This document shows positions 16,999 to 24,698 of a stretch of 25,167 nt of DNA, in pieces. The position numbers and the translations under genes are program-made. Every line of letters starts with the position of its first letter. Positions within the stretch are counted from its first letter, which is position 1. A model generated the notes under the pieces. The model did not search any database and was not told where the DNA came from. It was given only the letters and a program-made list of their open reading frames with translations. Origin of the DNA: a virus (lineage: Duplodnaviria; Caudoviricetes). Where the stretch lies: positions 1-25,167 of the IMG/VR virus record IMGVR_UViG_3300032295_001751. The stretch is one strand, 5' to 3'.

Positions 16999-18309
16999 TC
17001 AGAGGCCGAAGCTGTCGATGACGATGTTCGCGCCAGGGTTGTTGCAGATGAACTGGCCGTAGTGGCCGAAGCGCACCTCGTACTGGTCGTTGTTCGACAC
17101 GCGGAGGTAGTCGTTGTTGTCCCAGTCGAGCATCTGCGGTGCCGGGCCGAGGGTCGCGAGCTCCCAGCTCTGAAGCTGGAGCATCATGGCCTTGTTGCGG
17201 GGGCAGAAGGGCGCCGGGATGATCTTGATCGGGCCGTGCATGCCATCATACTCGATGGCCTTGAACGACACGCCAGCGATGTTGCTCGCGACGCGGTCGT
17301 AGCGGATGTCGACGCCGAGAGCCTTCTTGAGGTTCTGGAGGTCGAGGGGGTTCGCGAGAATGGTGTCGGGGTGACCCACGCCCTGAATCGCGACCTGAGC
17401 CTCGGCTTCCATGAGGGCTTCGTTCATCGGGAGGCCCGACGCGTTGAGACGCTGGCCAGCGAGACGAACCGGGTCGCTGGTGCGGTCGAGGCCCCAGTAC
17501 GCAGTCGACGTCACCGTGGAAGGGATCCAAGCCTGAACGCCGCACACCGGACCAGCCGCCGCGCCGCTCGTGGCAGTGCCGACAGACGCCGCCGCCTGGT
17601 AGTCGCCAGCGCGGACGATCACGTCGGTGCTCGTCGGGTTGGTGCCGAACGTCGGGACCACGCCCGCTCCGCCGGTCGTCGGGACGGCCACGATGGTAAC
17701 CGTGCCCGCCTTACGGTCGATGGCGCTGACGTAGAAGTAGTAGCCCGACTGGGTGCGCTCGGTTCCACCGGACGAGTAGATCTGAACGCGCATGTTCAGG
17801 TTGAAGTAGACGGCGTTCGCGGAGGTCGCGAGCGTGATGATGCCCGTACCCGATGCGTACGAGCTGACCACGCCACGCGTGCCCGTACCGTCGCCGAAGA
17901 GCTGGAACTCAAGGTCCGCCATCTCGTTCTTCGAGATACCGTCCGTCTCTTGGTTCCAAAGGTCAACGAGCGCGCCCGCCGACCTGACGGCAGCCTTCAT
18001 CGTTTCGCCGTCCATGCGAAGGATGCCGTAGTGGCGCGTACGGTAGACCTGGAAGCGGTTGTAGGTACCGCCGCCGCCCTTGAGACCGTTCGTCGCGACG
18101 CCTTGCGCAACGGTGAAGTCCGACGACGAGCCCTGCGGACGCTCGTTCTGGAGCGCCACAACGCGGAAGTCACCGTCGAAGTTCGTCGTCTTCTTGACGA
18201 GCGAGAGGAACGGGAAGTCCTTGTAGAGCGCCTGGGGGATCGCGCCGTCCGGGTACTTGGTCTTGAGGATTGCCTGAACAGCGCCGTACGTTGGATTCGA
18301 GTATGCCAT
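16999..18309 (-). CDS. Major capsid protein, 436 aa
   Basis: Follows portal and scaffold. SD AAAGGTGA. Strongly C/G-ending codons. Motif layout (LKTKY..., FLSLVKK, LFGDGTG, ANPLDL..L.K, PFCP, NPGAN..I at the end) fits an HK97-fold capsid protein. Confidence 0.88.
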   Translation of the reverse strand: MAYSNPTYGAVQAILKTKYPDGAIPQALYKDFPFLSLVKKTTNFDGDFRVVALQNERPQGSSSDFTVAQGVATNGLKGGGGTYNRFQVYRTRHYGILRMDGETMKAAVRSAGALVDLWNQETDGISKNEMADLEFQLFGDGTGTRGVVSSYASGTGIITLATSANAVYFNLNMRVQIYSSGGTERTQSGYYFYVSAIDRKAGTVTIVAVPTTGGAGVVPTFGTNPTSTDVIVRAGDYQAAASVGTATSGAAAGPVCGVQAWIPSTVTSTAYWGLDRTSDPVRLAGQRLNASGLPMNEALMEAEAQVAIQGVGHPDTILANPLDLQNLKKALGVDIRYDRVASNIAGVSFKAIEYDGMHGPIKIIPAPFCPRNKAMMLQLQSWELATLGPAPQMLDWDNNDYLRVSNNDQYEVRFGHYGQFICNNPGANIVIDSFGL

Positions 18310-18322
18310 TTGAGATCACCTT

Positions 18323-19285
18323 TCAGTTGGATGCGGAGGGCTGACGTGCCTTTTTTGCTGCGGCTAGAAGAACATCTCGCTGCTCATCGGCAGAGAGCTG
18401 CCCAAAAGGCTTGCCAGACGTCCGCGTCTCGCTGGCTGCCTTCGTGCTGAGCGACTTCGCCATCGGCTTCTTTGCCGCTGGAGTTGCCGTCCCACCACCA
18501 AGACGCGCGATGCGCGCCTTGTACTTTTCCTCAAGGTGCTTGATCACCTCTCGGTCCTCGGGAGGAGTGCCGTAACGGCGCTGGTGCTCCCGGCCTACCG
18601 CAACGGCCTCACGCCAAAGCGCATCACGGTCGTCGTAGAACATGTTGAACAGCGTCGGAAACTCGTTCTTCTCGACCTGCGAGAGGAACTCGTTGCGCGC
18701 AGCATGGAGCTGCTGCTGCTGTTGCTGGACTGCTTGCTGACGGCGGGCTTCCTCGCGCTCGGCTTTGAGCGCCTGGATCTCCTGCTTCAGCTCGTCGAGG
18801 CCCTCGGCCATGGGGCTATCGCGCCCATCGCCTTCGCGGATACCGGCATCGATCAGGTCTTGGAAGTTGAATCCGTATTCCTGAAACGTCTTGGCCGGAG
18901 CGCGGCGGAGCTTGCGAAACAGCTCGTCGACAAGCTGTTTCTTCGTGTTTTCGACCGTCTGGCCAACTTTCTCAAGTTGGGCTTCGAGGGCCGCAGCACG
19001 CTTCTCGGCCTGACGAACCTTGCGTTCCGCTGATGCACGAACGGCCAGAATTTCGTCAGCGAAGTCTGCCGTCGGGGCTTCTTCTGCGCTGGCGTGGGTT
19101 TCGTTTTCGGCTTCGGGTTCTTCGGCGGAGACGTCCTCTTCGGTGTCGTCGCCAGCGGGAACTTCGGGCTCGGCTTCCTCGGGAGCCGCCTGAGCGGTCT
19201 CTTCCGTGGTTTCGGCCTCGGGTGGGGTGGCTTCCTTGATTGCCGTCTCAGCGGCAGCAACCAGTTTGCTGGTCAGATCATCCAT
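18323..19285 (-). CDS. Capsid scaffolding protein, 320 aa
   Basis: Acidic disordered N-terminus, coiled coils and a basic C-terminal tail. Lies between portal and capsid, with an 8-nt overlap with portal. Confidence 0.8.
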   Translation of the reverse strand: MDDLTSKLVAAAETAIKEATPPEAETTEETAQAAPEEAEPEVPAGDDTEEDVSAEEPEAENETHASAEEAPTADFADEILAVRASAERKVRQAEKRAAALEAQLEKVGQTVENTKKQLVDELFRKLRRAPAKTFQEYGFNFQDLIDAGIREGDGRDSPMAEGLDELKQEIQALKAEREEARRQQAVQQQQQQLHAARNEFLSQVEKNEFPTLFNMFYDDRDALWREAVAVGREHQRRYGTPPEDREVIKHLEEKYKARIARLGGGTATPAAKKPMAKSLSTKAASETRTSGKPFGQLSADEQRDVLLAAAKKARQPSASN

Positions 19286-21155
19286 TGGTTTCCTCCGGTG
19301 CTGGCCCAGGTTGTTCCTGGGGCGGTGCTTCTTGTCCCGGCGGCGCAGGCGGCGGCTGTTGCGCGGCTTGCTGCTCGGCCTGGGCGGCAGCCAAAAGCTG
19401 CTCGATCTTGGTCAGGTAGTCGTCGAGGACGTTGAGGCGCTTGTCAGGGACGCCGTCAATACGCGCCTTGAGGTAGTGCTTGCGCGTCCGGTCGTAGGCC
19501 ATCGGCAGGTTCATGCGACGGTCTGGGTCCGGGTAGTCTTGGCCACGAAGGATGAGCGACACGGTCTTGTCGACGATGTCGATGTCCGCCGTCTCCAGGT
19601 CGCGCTCCTGCTCCACGTCCGGCAGGTTGAGCATGCGGGCCACGACGCCACGGTCGGTGATGACCTTGCGGTCCACCAGCTCAAGAACCTCGGAGAAGAG
19701 CGCAGCCTTGGTCTGAGACAGCGCGGAGATAGGCTCGGTGCGGAGCACGAACTCCTTGCGGTCCATCTGGATGTCCGACCAGTTGATGCGCTCCAGCGAG
19801 CCCTGACCAGGAGCCAGGATCTCGACGGACTCGCCAGCGGCGGACGCCTCTTCGCACGCGTCGACAATGAGCCAGCCAATGTCGATGTGGAACTGCTGCA
19901 CGGCCTCGTGGGCGACGCGGAAGCGCGAGTCTTCCATGTCGTCGTAGACGGTGAGCGCACGGCCCGACGCCTGACGAAGACCAGCAGGAAGCACCGACTG
20001 CGCTGCCATCTCCGAGATACCGAGGTATCGGAGCATGTTCTGCGCGATGGTGTCCTTGTACGTGTACGTGTCCGGGTGGACCGGCTGCGGATTGAACACG
20101 CGCGGCTCGGCGCCCGAGTACTCGATGAACGTACCGATGTCGTTGTCGATGTGGGTTTTGCCGAGCGTTCCGGCCTGCACCATGATGTGCGAGCCGCCCA
20201 TCAGGTTGTGAGCCATCTGGATCTTCTCGGACAGACGGTCGTACTCGTCCTGGGCCGAGGCAAGCTCCAGCGCCATCGATGGGCCGTAGACGCCCGAGAG
20301 GGTGGCGTTGAGCTTCAGGAACGCGAGGCCCGCGTTCTTGTGGCGCGTCCATGGGAGCGCGAGCATCGTGCCCGAGTGCGTGCCGCCGTTGACGGCCACG
20401 ACGCGCAGACCGTCCTCCGCACCCTCGCCCGAGGCCAAGTGCGTGGCTTCGTAGACCAGGATCTGGTCCGAGTGACGGGTGACGTTCAGGTAGACCGAGT
20501 CATCGTCCTGGGGGCGCGGAGCCGCCAGAATCGCTGCGCGACGCTCTTCTGCTGTACCATACAAGGAATCGTCGTCCTTGCCGAACATCTCCAGGACCAC
20601 AGAGCGGTCCATGTAGCAACGGTGGTAAAAGCAACGGGGCGTGCCATAGCGTGCCTCGACCTCGCTGATGAGGAGGTCAAAGATCGGGATGCGCTCGATG
20701 ACGGGCATGCCGTCTTGAACGTAGACCTTCACGGCAGCGGTGCCGAAGACGAGGACGTCGAGCACGAGCTGCGGGTAGATCTTGGCGTAGCTGTTCGCGG
20801 CAAAGGTGCCGGCAAGGAACTTGTCGAGCTGCTGCGCACGGAAGCGGCGAAGGAAGTCGGCGCCCACCGTCTGCGCGCTCGGGAGCGGCATCTGGCGGCA
20901 GAGCTTCGCCTGCATCGTATGGATGGCGTTGCGCGCGACGTTGAAGTTTACGCGCTCATCCCAGATGTTCTTCACGGGCATGCCGAACATCTTCAGGTCG
21001 GTTCCGTAGACCTGGGCTGCGCGCTGCCACATCTGGCGACGGTACGAGGACTCGTTGCGGATGTCGTTCACGGCGCCGATAACGGCTTCGGCGGGGCTCT
21101 CTTCCTGCTTATGGAGGAGCCACCACGCTTCCGTCGTATCGGAGACACTTGCCAT
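19278..21155 (-). CDS. Portal (head-tail connector) protein, about 625 aa
   Basis: Directly downstream of terL. Motifs NVARNAI.TMQAKL, DVLVFGTAAVKV, YG.SMA.EL...Q, GISE.AAQ...ASGRAL. Pro/Gln-rich C-tail. Start ATG 21155 is preferred; the in-frame TTG 21182 is the alternative. Confidence 0.88.
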   Translation of the reverse strand: MASVSDTTEAWWLLHKQEESPAEAVIGAVNDIRNESSYRRQMWQRAAQVYGTDLKMFGMPVKNIWDERVNFNVARNAIHTMQAKLCRQMPLPSAQTVGADFLRRFRAQQLDKFLAGTFAANSYAKIYPQLVLDVLVFGTAAVKVYVQDGMPVIERIPIFDLLISEVEARYGTPRCFYHRCYMDRSVVLEMFGKDDDSLYGTAEERRAAILAAPRPQDDDSVYLNVTRHSDQILVYEATHLASGEGAEDGLRVVAVNGGTHSGTMLALPWTRHKNAGLAFLKLNATLSGVYGPSMALELASAQDEYDRLSEKIQMAHNLMGGSHIMVQAGTLGKTHIDNDIGTFIEYSGAEPRVFNPQPVHPDTYTYKDTIAQNMLRYLGISEMAAQSVLPAGLRQASGRALTVYDDMEDSRFRVAHEAVQQFHIDIGWLIVDACEEASAAGESVEILAPGQGSLERINWSDIQMDRKEFVLRTEPISALSQTKAALFSEVLELVDRKVITDRGVVARMLNLPDVEQERDLETADIDIVDKTVSLILRGQDYPDPDRRMNLPMAYDRTRKHYLKARIDGVPDKRLNVLDDYLTKIEQLLAAAQAEQQAAQQPPPAPPGQEAPPQEQPGPAPEETNG

Positions 21156-21187
21156 GTTGGCCAAGTATCCAGAATTAGGCAATCACT

Positions 21188-22834
21188 TCAAGGACGAAAC
21201 AGCTTGAACCTGGCCGCGCGTTCATTTTTCTGGCGGATTTTCTTTTCCAGTGGCTCCCAGATTTCCTTCTCTTCGGGCGAGAGGCCTCGGTAGCCAGCCT
21301 CGAAGGAGTCCTGAGTCTGGCTCTGCTCCTGCTCGTGCCAGCGCGTGAGGGCCATGCAGATGGCTGGAGCGTAGTCGGCGTGGCGACCGTCGCCGCTCTT
21401 GGCGAGGTCGATGCTGACGCCGTTCTGGGTGTAGCGGCGCACGACGCGCTGGAGGTCTTGGCGCACGACGGGATCGGGCGGAAGCTCCACGTCGCCCAGC
21501 TCGAACATGGTGCGGAGCGTGAGGTAACGCTTGGTGCGCTCGGTCGCCGTCCAGGCGTGAGGCACGAGCACGAGGCCAACCTGGTTGGCGAGGTCGCGCA
21601 GAGCGTCGCCCATGTACTGGTCGGAGTCGAGGACGGTGACGCGATAGGCCTTCAGGATGTGCGAGATCTCCTGGAGCACCGCAGCGGGACGCAAGGGATT
21701 CACCGCGCTTCCGGTCCACTGGCGAGCCAAGCAAATCACTTTTTTCTTACGCCCGGAGCCGGTGGCGACGACCAGTGTGAAGCTGTTGCCACGGGTGGCG
21801 GGGTCGATGGCGGCTGTGTACGTCACTCCGGGCTGAGGCGCGGACGCCAGAGGAGCCTCGCGCGTGGCGGACTCGATCATACCGGTCGTGAACAGCGCCT
21901 CTTCGGGGTCGGCGAAGTCGGCCTCGATGTCGGTGCGGTAGATGCGCGGGTCTCGGCGCGCAATCTCCAGCTTGTCGTCGGTCCAGATGAGCGGGGCCAT
22001 GTCGTAGGCGGGCGCCTTGACGACGATGCAGTCCCGCGAGGGGCGCCCCCACTTCTCTTTGACGAGATCGTAGAGAAAGCCCATGGGAGCCCACGGCGAG
22101 GAGATGTAAACGAGCTGAGCGCCTGGGAGGATGCGCAAAAGCACGGCGTCGCGCAAATCATTGACCGAGACGGCGGCGTCATCGGAGCCCCAGCGCGCGA
22201 CTTCGTCGAGAATGACGCCTGCAGACCAGCGGGCCACGAGGGAGGAGCCTGCTTTGGACGAGGCGACGACCTTGATCTCGACGGGACGGCCTGAAGGATG
22301 GCGAATCATGAGCGTATCCGCCGTCGGAGTCTCCAGAATCAGCTTCGAGAGCAGCGGGGAGGCCATAGTTCGACCGACGATGTGGCCGAAGACGACGTCC
22401 GCGAGGTCTTTCGAGAGGGAGACGACGGAGATGCGTGGGATTTCACCGGGCCCAAGGCGCGAAACGTCGCACCGTTGGGACCAGTGGACGGCTAGTGCTG
22501 CAGCGGAGAGCGACTTGGCGGTTCGGATTCCCGAAACGATGGCGAACTCTGCTGGCTTAACAGCATCAGGTACGACACCTCCAAAAGCGCGCAGTACCGC
22601 TGGGTCATCAGCAAGCTCACCGAGAGGGCGACCATCGGCAACGCGAGCAATTGCGCGTTGTAGAGGGCTAGCAGTGGTGAGAGCAAAGCCCAGAGGAGAG
22701 GTGAGAAGGCCCTCGAAATGAACGAGAGACTTCTCCTCCAGGTTCTGCTTGACCCTGGCCTCGAAGGCTTGGAGGACGGCATCAGCCGACGGGGTTTTTG
22801 CGGGGGCGACCGCGACGACGGGGGGCTTCTTCAA
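21188..22834 (-). CDS. terL: Terminase large subunit, 548 aa
   Basis: Walker A-like SGIRTAKS, Walker B GVILDEVARW, coupling motif YISSPW, and RNase H-like nuclease motifs AIDPA, SDQY and HADYA. TTG start with GGAG 7 nt upstream. Confidence 0.9.
   Translation of the reverse strand: MKKPPVVAVAPAKTPSADAVLQAFEARVKQNLEEKSLVHFEGLLTSPLGFALTTASPLQRAIARVADGRPLGELADDPAVLRAFGGVVPDAVKPAEFAIVSGIRTAKSLSAAALAVHWSQRCDVSRLGPGEIPRISVVSLSKDLADVVFGHIVGRTMASPLLSKLILETPTADTLMIRHPSGRPVEIKVVASSKAGSSLVARWSAGVILDEVARWGSDDAAVSVNDLRDAVLLRILPGAQLVYISSPWAPMGFLYDLVKEKWGRPSRDCIVVKAPAYDMAPLIWTDDKLEIARRDPRIYRTDIEADFADPEEALFTTGMIESATREAPLASAPQPGVTYTAAIDPATRGNSFTLVVATGSGRKKKVICLARQWTGSAVNPLRPAAVLQEISHILKAYRVTVLDSDQYMGDALRDLANQVGLVLVPHAWTATERTKRYLTLRTMFELGDVELPPDPVVRQDLQRVVRRYTQNGVSIDLAKSGDGRHADYAPAICMALTRWHEQEQSQTQDSFEAGYRGLSPEEKEIWEPLEKKIRQKNERAARFKLFRP
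22492..22782 (-). CDS. Putative overprinted membrane protein (96 aa) inside terL, +1 frame
   Basis: ATG is coupled to the upstream stop by TGATG. Basic N-terminus then a ~55-aa Leu-rich hydrophobic stretch. 28 of 57 terL codons over 22559-22729 end in T. Confidence 0.5.
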   Translation of the reverse strand: MPSSKPSRPGSSRTWRRSLSFISRAFSPLLWALLSPLLALYNAQLLALPMVALSVSLLMTQRYCALLEVSYLMLLSQQSSPSFRESEPPSRSPLQH

Positions 22835-23084
22835 CGACGGTCTCCGGTGCAGCTTCGACTACTTCTTCGCCTTCGACGGGGGCTTCATCGGGAGTGGTGT
22901 CGGGCTTAATGGATCGAAGCTCCACGACGTTGTCGAGGGGGACGAGGACGTCGCCGGAGCGGACGAAGCCTTGCTCGAAGCGGAGGTCTTTGTGCTTGGG
23001 GCGGTAGAGCGTGGTCGTGATGCGGCCTGGGTCGGCGGGGTCGTTGACGCCACGGAGGAAGACGGCTTGTTGGAGCAGGAGCAT
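22782..23084 (-). CDS. Small protein with C-terminal AT-hook-like motif (100 aa), candidate terminase small subunit / DNA-binding protein
   Basis: C/G-ending codon bias in this frame. Small beta-like N-domain, acidic linker, then PRRRGRPRK. Directly upstream of terL. Confidence 0.7.
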   Translation of the reverse strand: MLLLQQAVFLRGVNDPADPGRITTTLYRPKHKDLRFEQGFVRSGDVLVPLDNVVELRSIKPDTTPDEAPVEGEEVVEAAPETVVEEAPRRRGRPRKNPVG

Positions 23085-23317
23085 TCGTGAGCCTTTCGGA
23101 TAGCGGGGAGCAGTAGCTCGATGAAGGTGAGTTCGATGTCTTGGGTGGACTGGTAGTCGGGCGACACGAGGCGCACCGAGTGAGGGCCGAAGGAGTGGAC
23201 GGCCCAGCCGAAGTACTCGGCGATGGGCTCGGCGTACTTACGCCACGCATCGCAGTAGGCCTTGGCCGAGGTGGTGACGCGCCCGCCCGGGACGCGGCGC
23301 TTGATGGAGTCGCTCAT
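22859..23317 (-). CDS. Hypothetical protein, 152 aa (C-terminal half overlaps next gene)
   Basis: ATG 23317 in ATGA overlap. The first ~77 aa look globular (YCDAWRKYAEPIAEYFGW). The rest is S/T/P-rich read-through across the next gene. Confidence 0.65.
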   Translation of the reverse strand: MSDSIKRRVPGGRVTTSAKAYCDAWRKYAEPIAEYFGWAVHSFGPHSVRLVSPDYQSTQDIELTFIELLLPAIRKAHECSCSNKPSSSVASTTPPTQAASRPRSTAPSTKTSASSKASSAPATSSSPSTTSWSFDPLSPTPLPMKPPSKAKK

Positions 23318-23703
23318 GGTGCTTCCGTTCTGCACTTCCAGCAGGTGAAACCATGCGACACCGATATCCACCCCGCAGGGCAGTGATTCGCCAGACACGC
23401 GTACTCACAGATGTGGCACTTGTACTTGAGAGTGGTGTCGGCATGAGTGCGCGGCGTCATGCTGTCTGCGGCTGGGTAGTCATCAAAGGAGGTCTTTTGG
23501 TCCCTCTTGTTGGCCGCGCGAGTCTTCAGCTCACCGACGACGAAGCTGGCGGCGTTCATGGCCTCGAAGGCTCTTCCGCTGCGTGCCAGCTCGATGAGGC
23601 TGACGAACACGGTGTGCATCTTCCGCAGCGTCTCTGGGTCTGGGGCCTGGACAGCAAGCTCGTCAATCAAGTCATTCGTTCGCTCGATCTGTTTGCGCTT
23701 CAT
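23314..23703 (-). CDS. Hypothetical protein with C-terminal Zn-ribbon (129 aa)
   Basis: ATG 23703 in ATGA overlap. Motif CHIC-x9-PAGW-x8-CWKC. Confidence 0.7.
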   Translation of the reverse strand: MKRKQIERTNDLIDELAVQAPDPETLRKMHTVFVSLIELARSGRAFEAMNAASFVVGELKTRAANKRDQKTSFDDYPAADSMTPRTHADTTLKYKCHICEYACLANHCPAGWISVSHGFTCWKCRTEAP

Positions 23704-23861
23704 GGCTGCTTCTCCGGCTTGAGATCCTTCTTGGACAGGGAAGGCGAGCACTTGGCGCAGATGGGGTTCACGCCTGGGATGAGGTTGACCATCCAGCCGA
23801 CAGGCACGCCGTCATCGGACCTGACCACGATGTTGCATACGTCACACGACCAGAGCTTCAT
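23700..23861 (-). CDS. Small Zn-ribbon protein (53 aa)
   Basis: Strong SD GGAGG 6 nt before ATG 23861. Motif CDVC-x10-PVGW-x11-CAKC. Confidence 0.7.
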   Translation of the reverse strand: MKLWSCDVCNIVVRSDDGVPVGWMVNLIPGVNPICAKCSPSLSKKDLKPEKQP

Positions 23862-24180
23862 GGGTTTCCTCCACGAAGCATCCAAGCACACTCCCACACT
23901 CAATCAACAAAGAAGTGAACGCGTGCAACATACACCGATGCACCGTCCAATTCCAGCCCACCAGCTACCCATGCTGCACAATACAAGCATCCATCACCAG
24001 CAAACCCAGCCTCCAGGACTACCAAGTACGAATCTGACTTCCAACTATCCTTCATCTGTGTCTAGTTTGGAACCGCAGGGGAGGTTCTCTGTGACCTTGC
24101 GGCAGCAAGCGTCACCCAGTACCCGCGCCCCTACGCACAAACCCGGCTCTCGAACTGTCCTGTGGTTCCGGATGGTTGCT

Positions 24181-24289
24181 GTAAGACCGCGTAAGACCGG
24201 AATGGTCGGCGCAGGAAAATTTTTGAGGAGGGTAACCCCCCCTAGGTCCCCCCTTAAAATAGTGCAGACAGGGGTCCAAGTCCTTGAAA
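24181..24289. other. Putative packaging-initiation / genome-terminus region
   Basis: Non-coding and upstream of the terminase arm. Contains tandem GTAAGACCG x2, AAAATTTTT, C7-TAGGT-C6, and an IHF-like site (minus strand TTTCAAGGACTTG, 24277-24289). Confidence 0.4.
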
Positions 24290-24698
24290 ACACAGGACAA
24301 ACACGTCCCTCCCGGCAAAGACGAGGGTCGGCGGGATGCGATATGGTTGGACGCGATAGAATCGTGGACGATTGAGTCGCGCGCGATGGTCCCAAGGGGT
24401 CCACGACGCCTCGTCACTCACGTCAGCGTCACGCACCGACCCAGCACGCGGACCGCGCCGTGACCCTGTAGGCTGGCACCATGTAGAGGGAGCGCGCAAC
24501 CATGAAAACGTTGCATAGCGCTATGACCCTCGAGTCACAGCGAGCTAAGTACTCGAGACTGCTAGCGTTGTCGGCGTTTTGATGCTTCGGACGCTTTCGG
24601 ACCATGACAAGCGTGTCCTGGTAGGCTTTCCTTCGCTGGCACGCCTTGCACGCTGGTTTCCTTGCGCTTTCCCTGGCGAAACGCTGATTAATCGTACT

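Noticed and set aside
19206-21293. 695-aa plus-strand ORF, and similar long antisense ORFs at 17062-18450, 10646-11983, 12185-13405, 3594-4610, 6872-7888 and 21335-22294
   Set aside because: Antisense shadows of GC3-biased minus-strand genes. They have V/R/H/D-rich non-protein-like composition, no SD and no coupling.
23900-24055. 51-aa minus-strand ORF (MKDSWKSDSYLVVLEAG...)
   Set aside because: No SD, codon usage unlike the phage genes, and not coupled to neighbours. Not called as a CDS.
23353-24375. 340-aa plus-strand ORF crossing the intergenic region
   Set aside because: Antisense to two well-supported genes, then runs through a C/A-skewed tract that depletes stop codons. No recognisable motifs.
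24637-24650. TGGCACGCCTTGCA, a second sigma54-like sequence
   Set aside because: GG-to-GC spacing is 8 nt rather than the strictly required 10.
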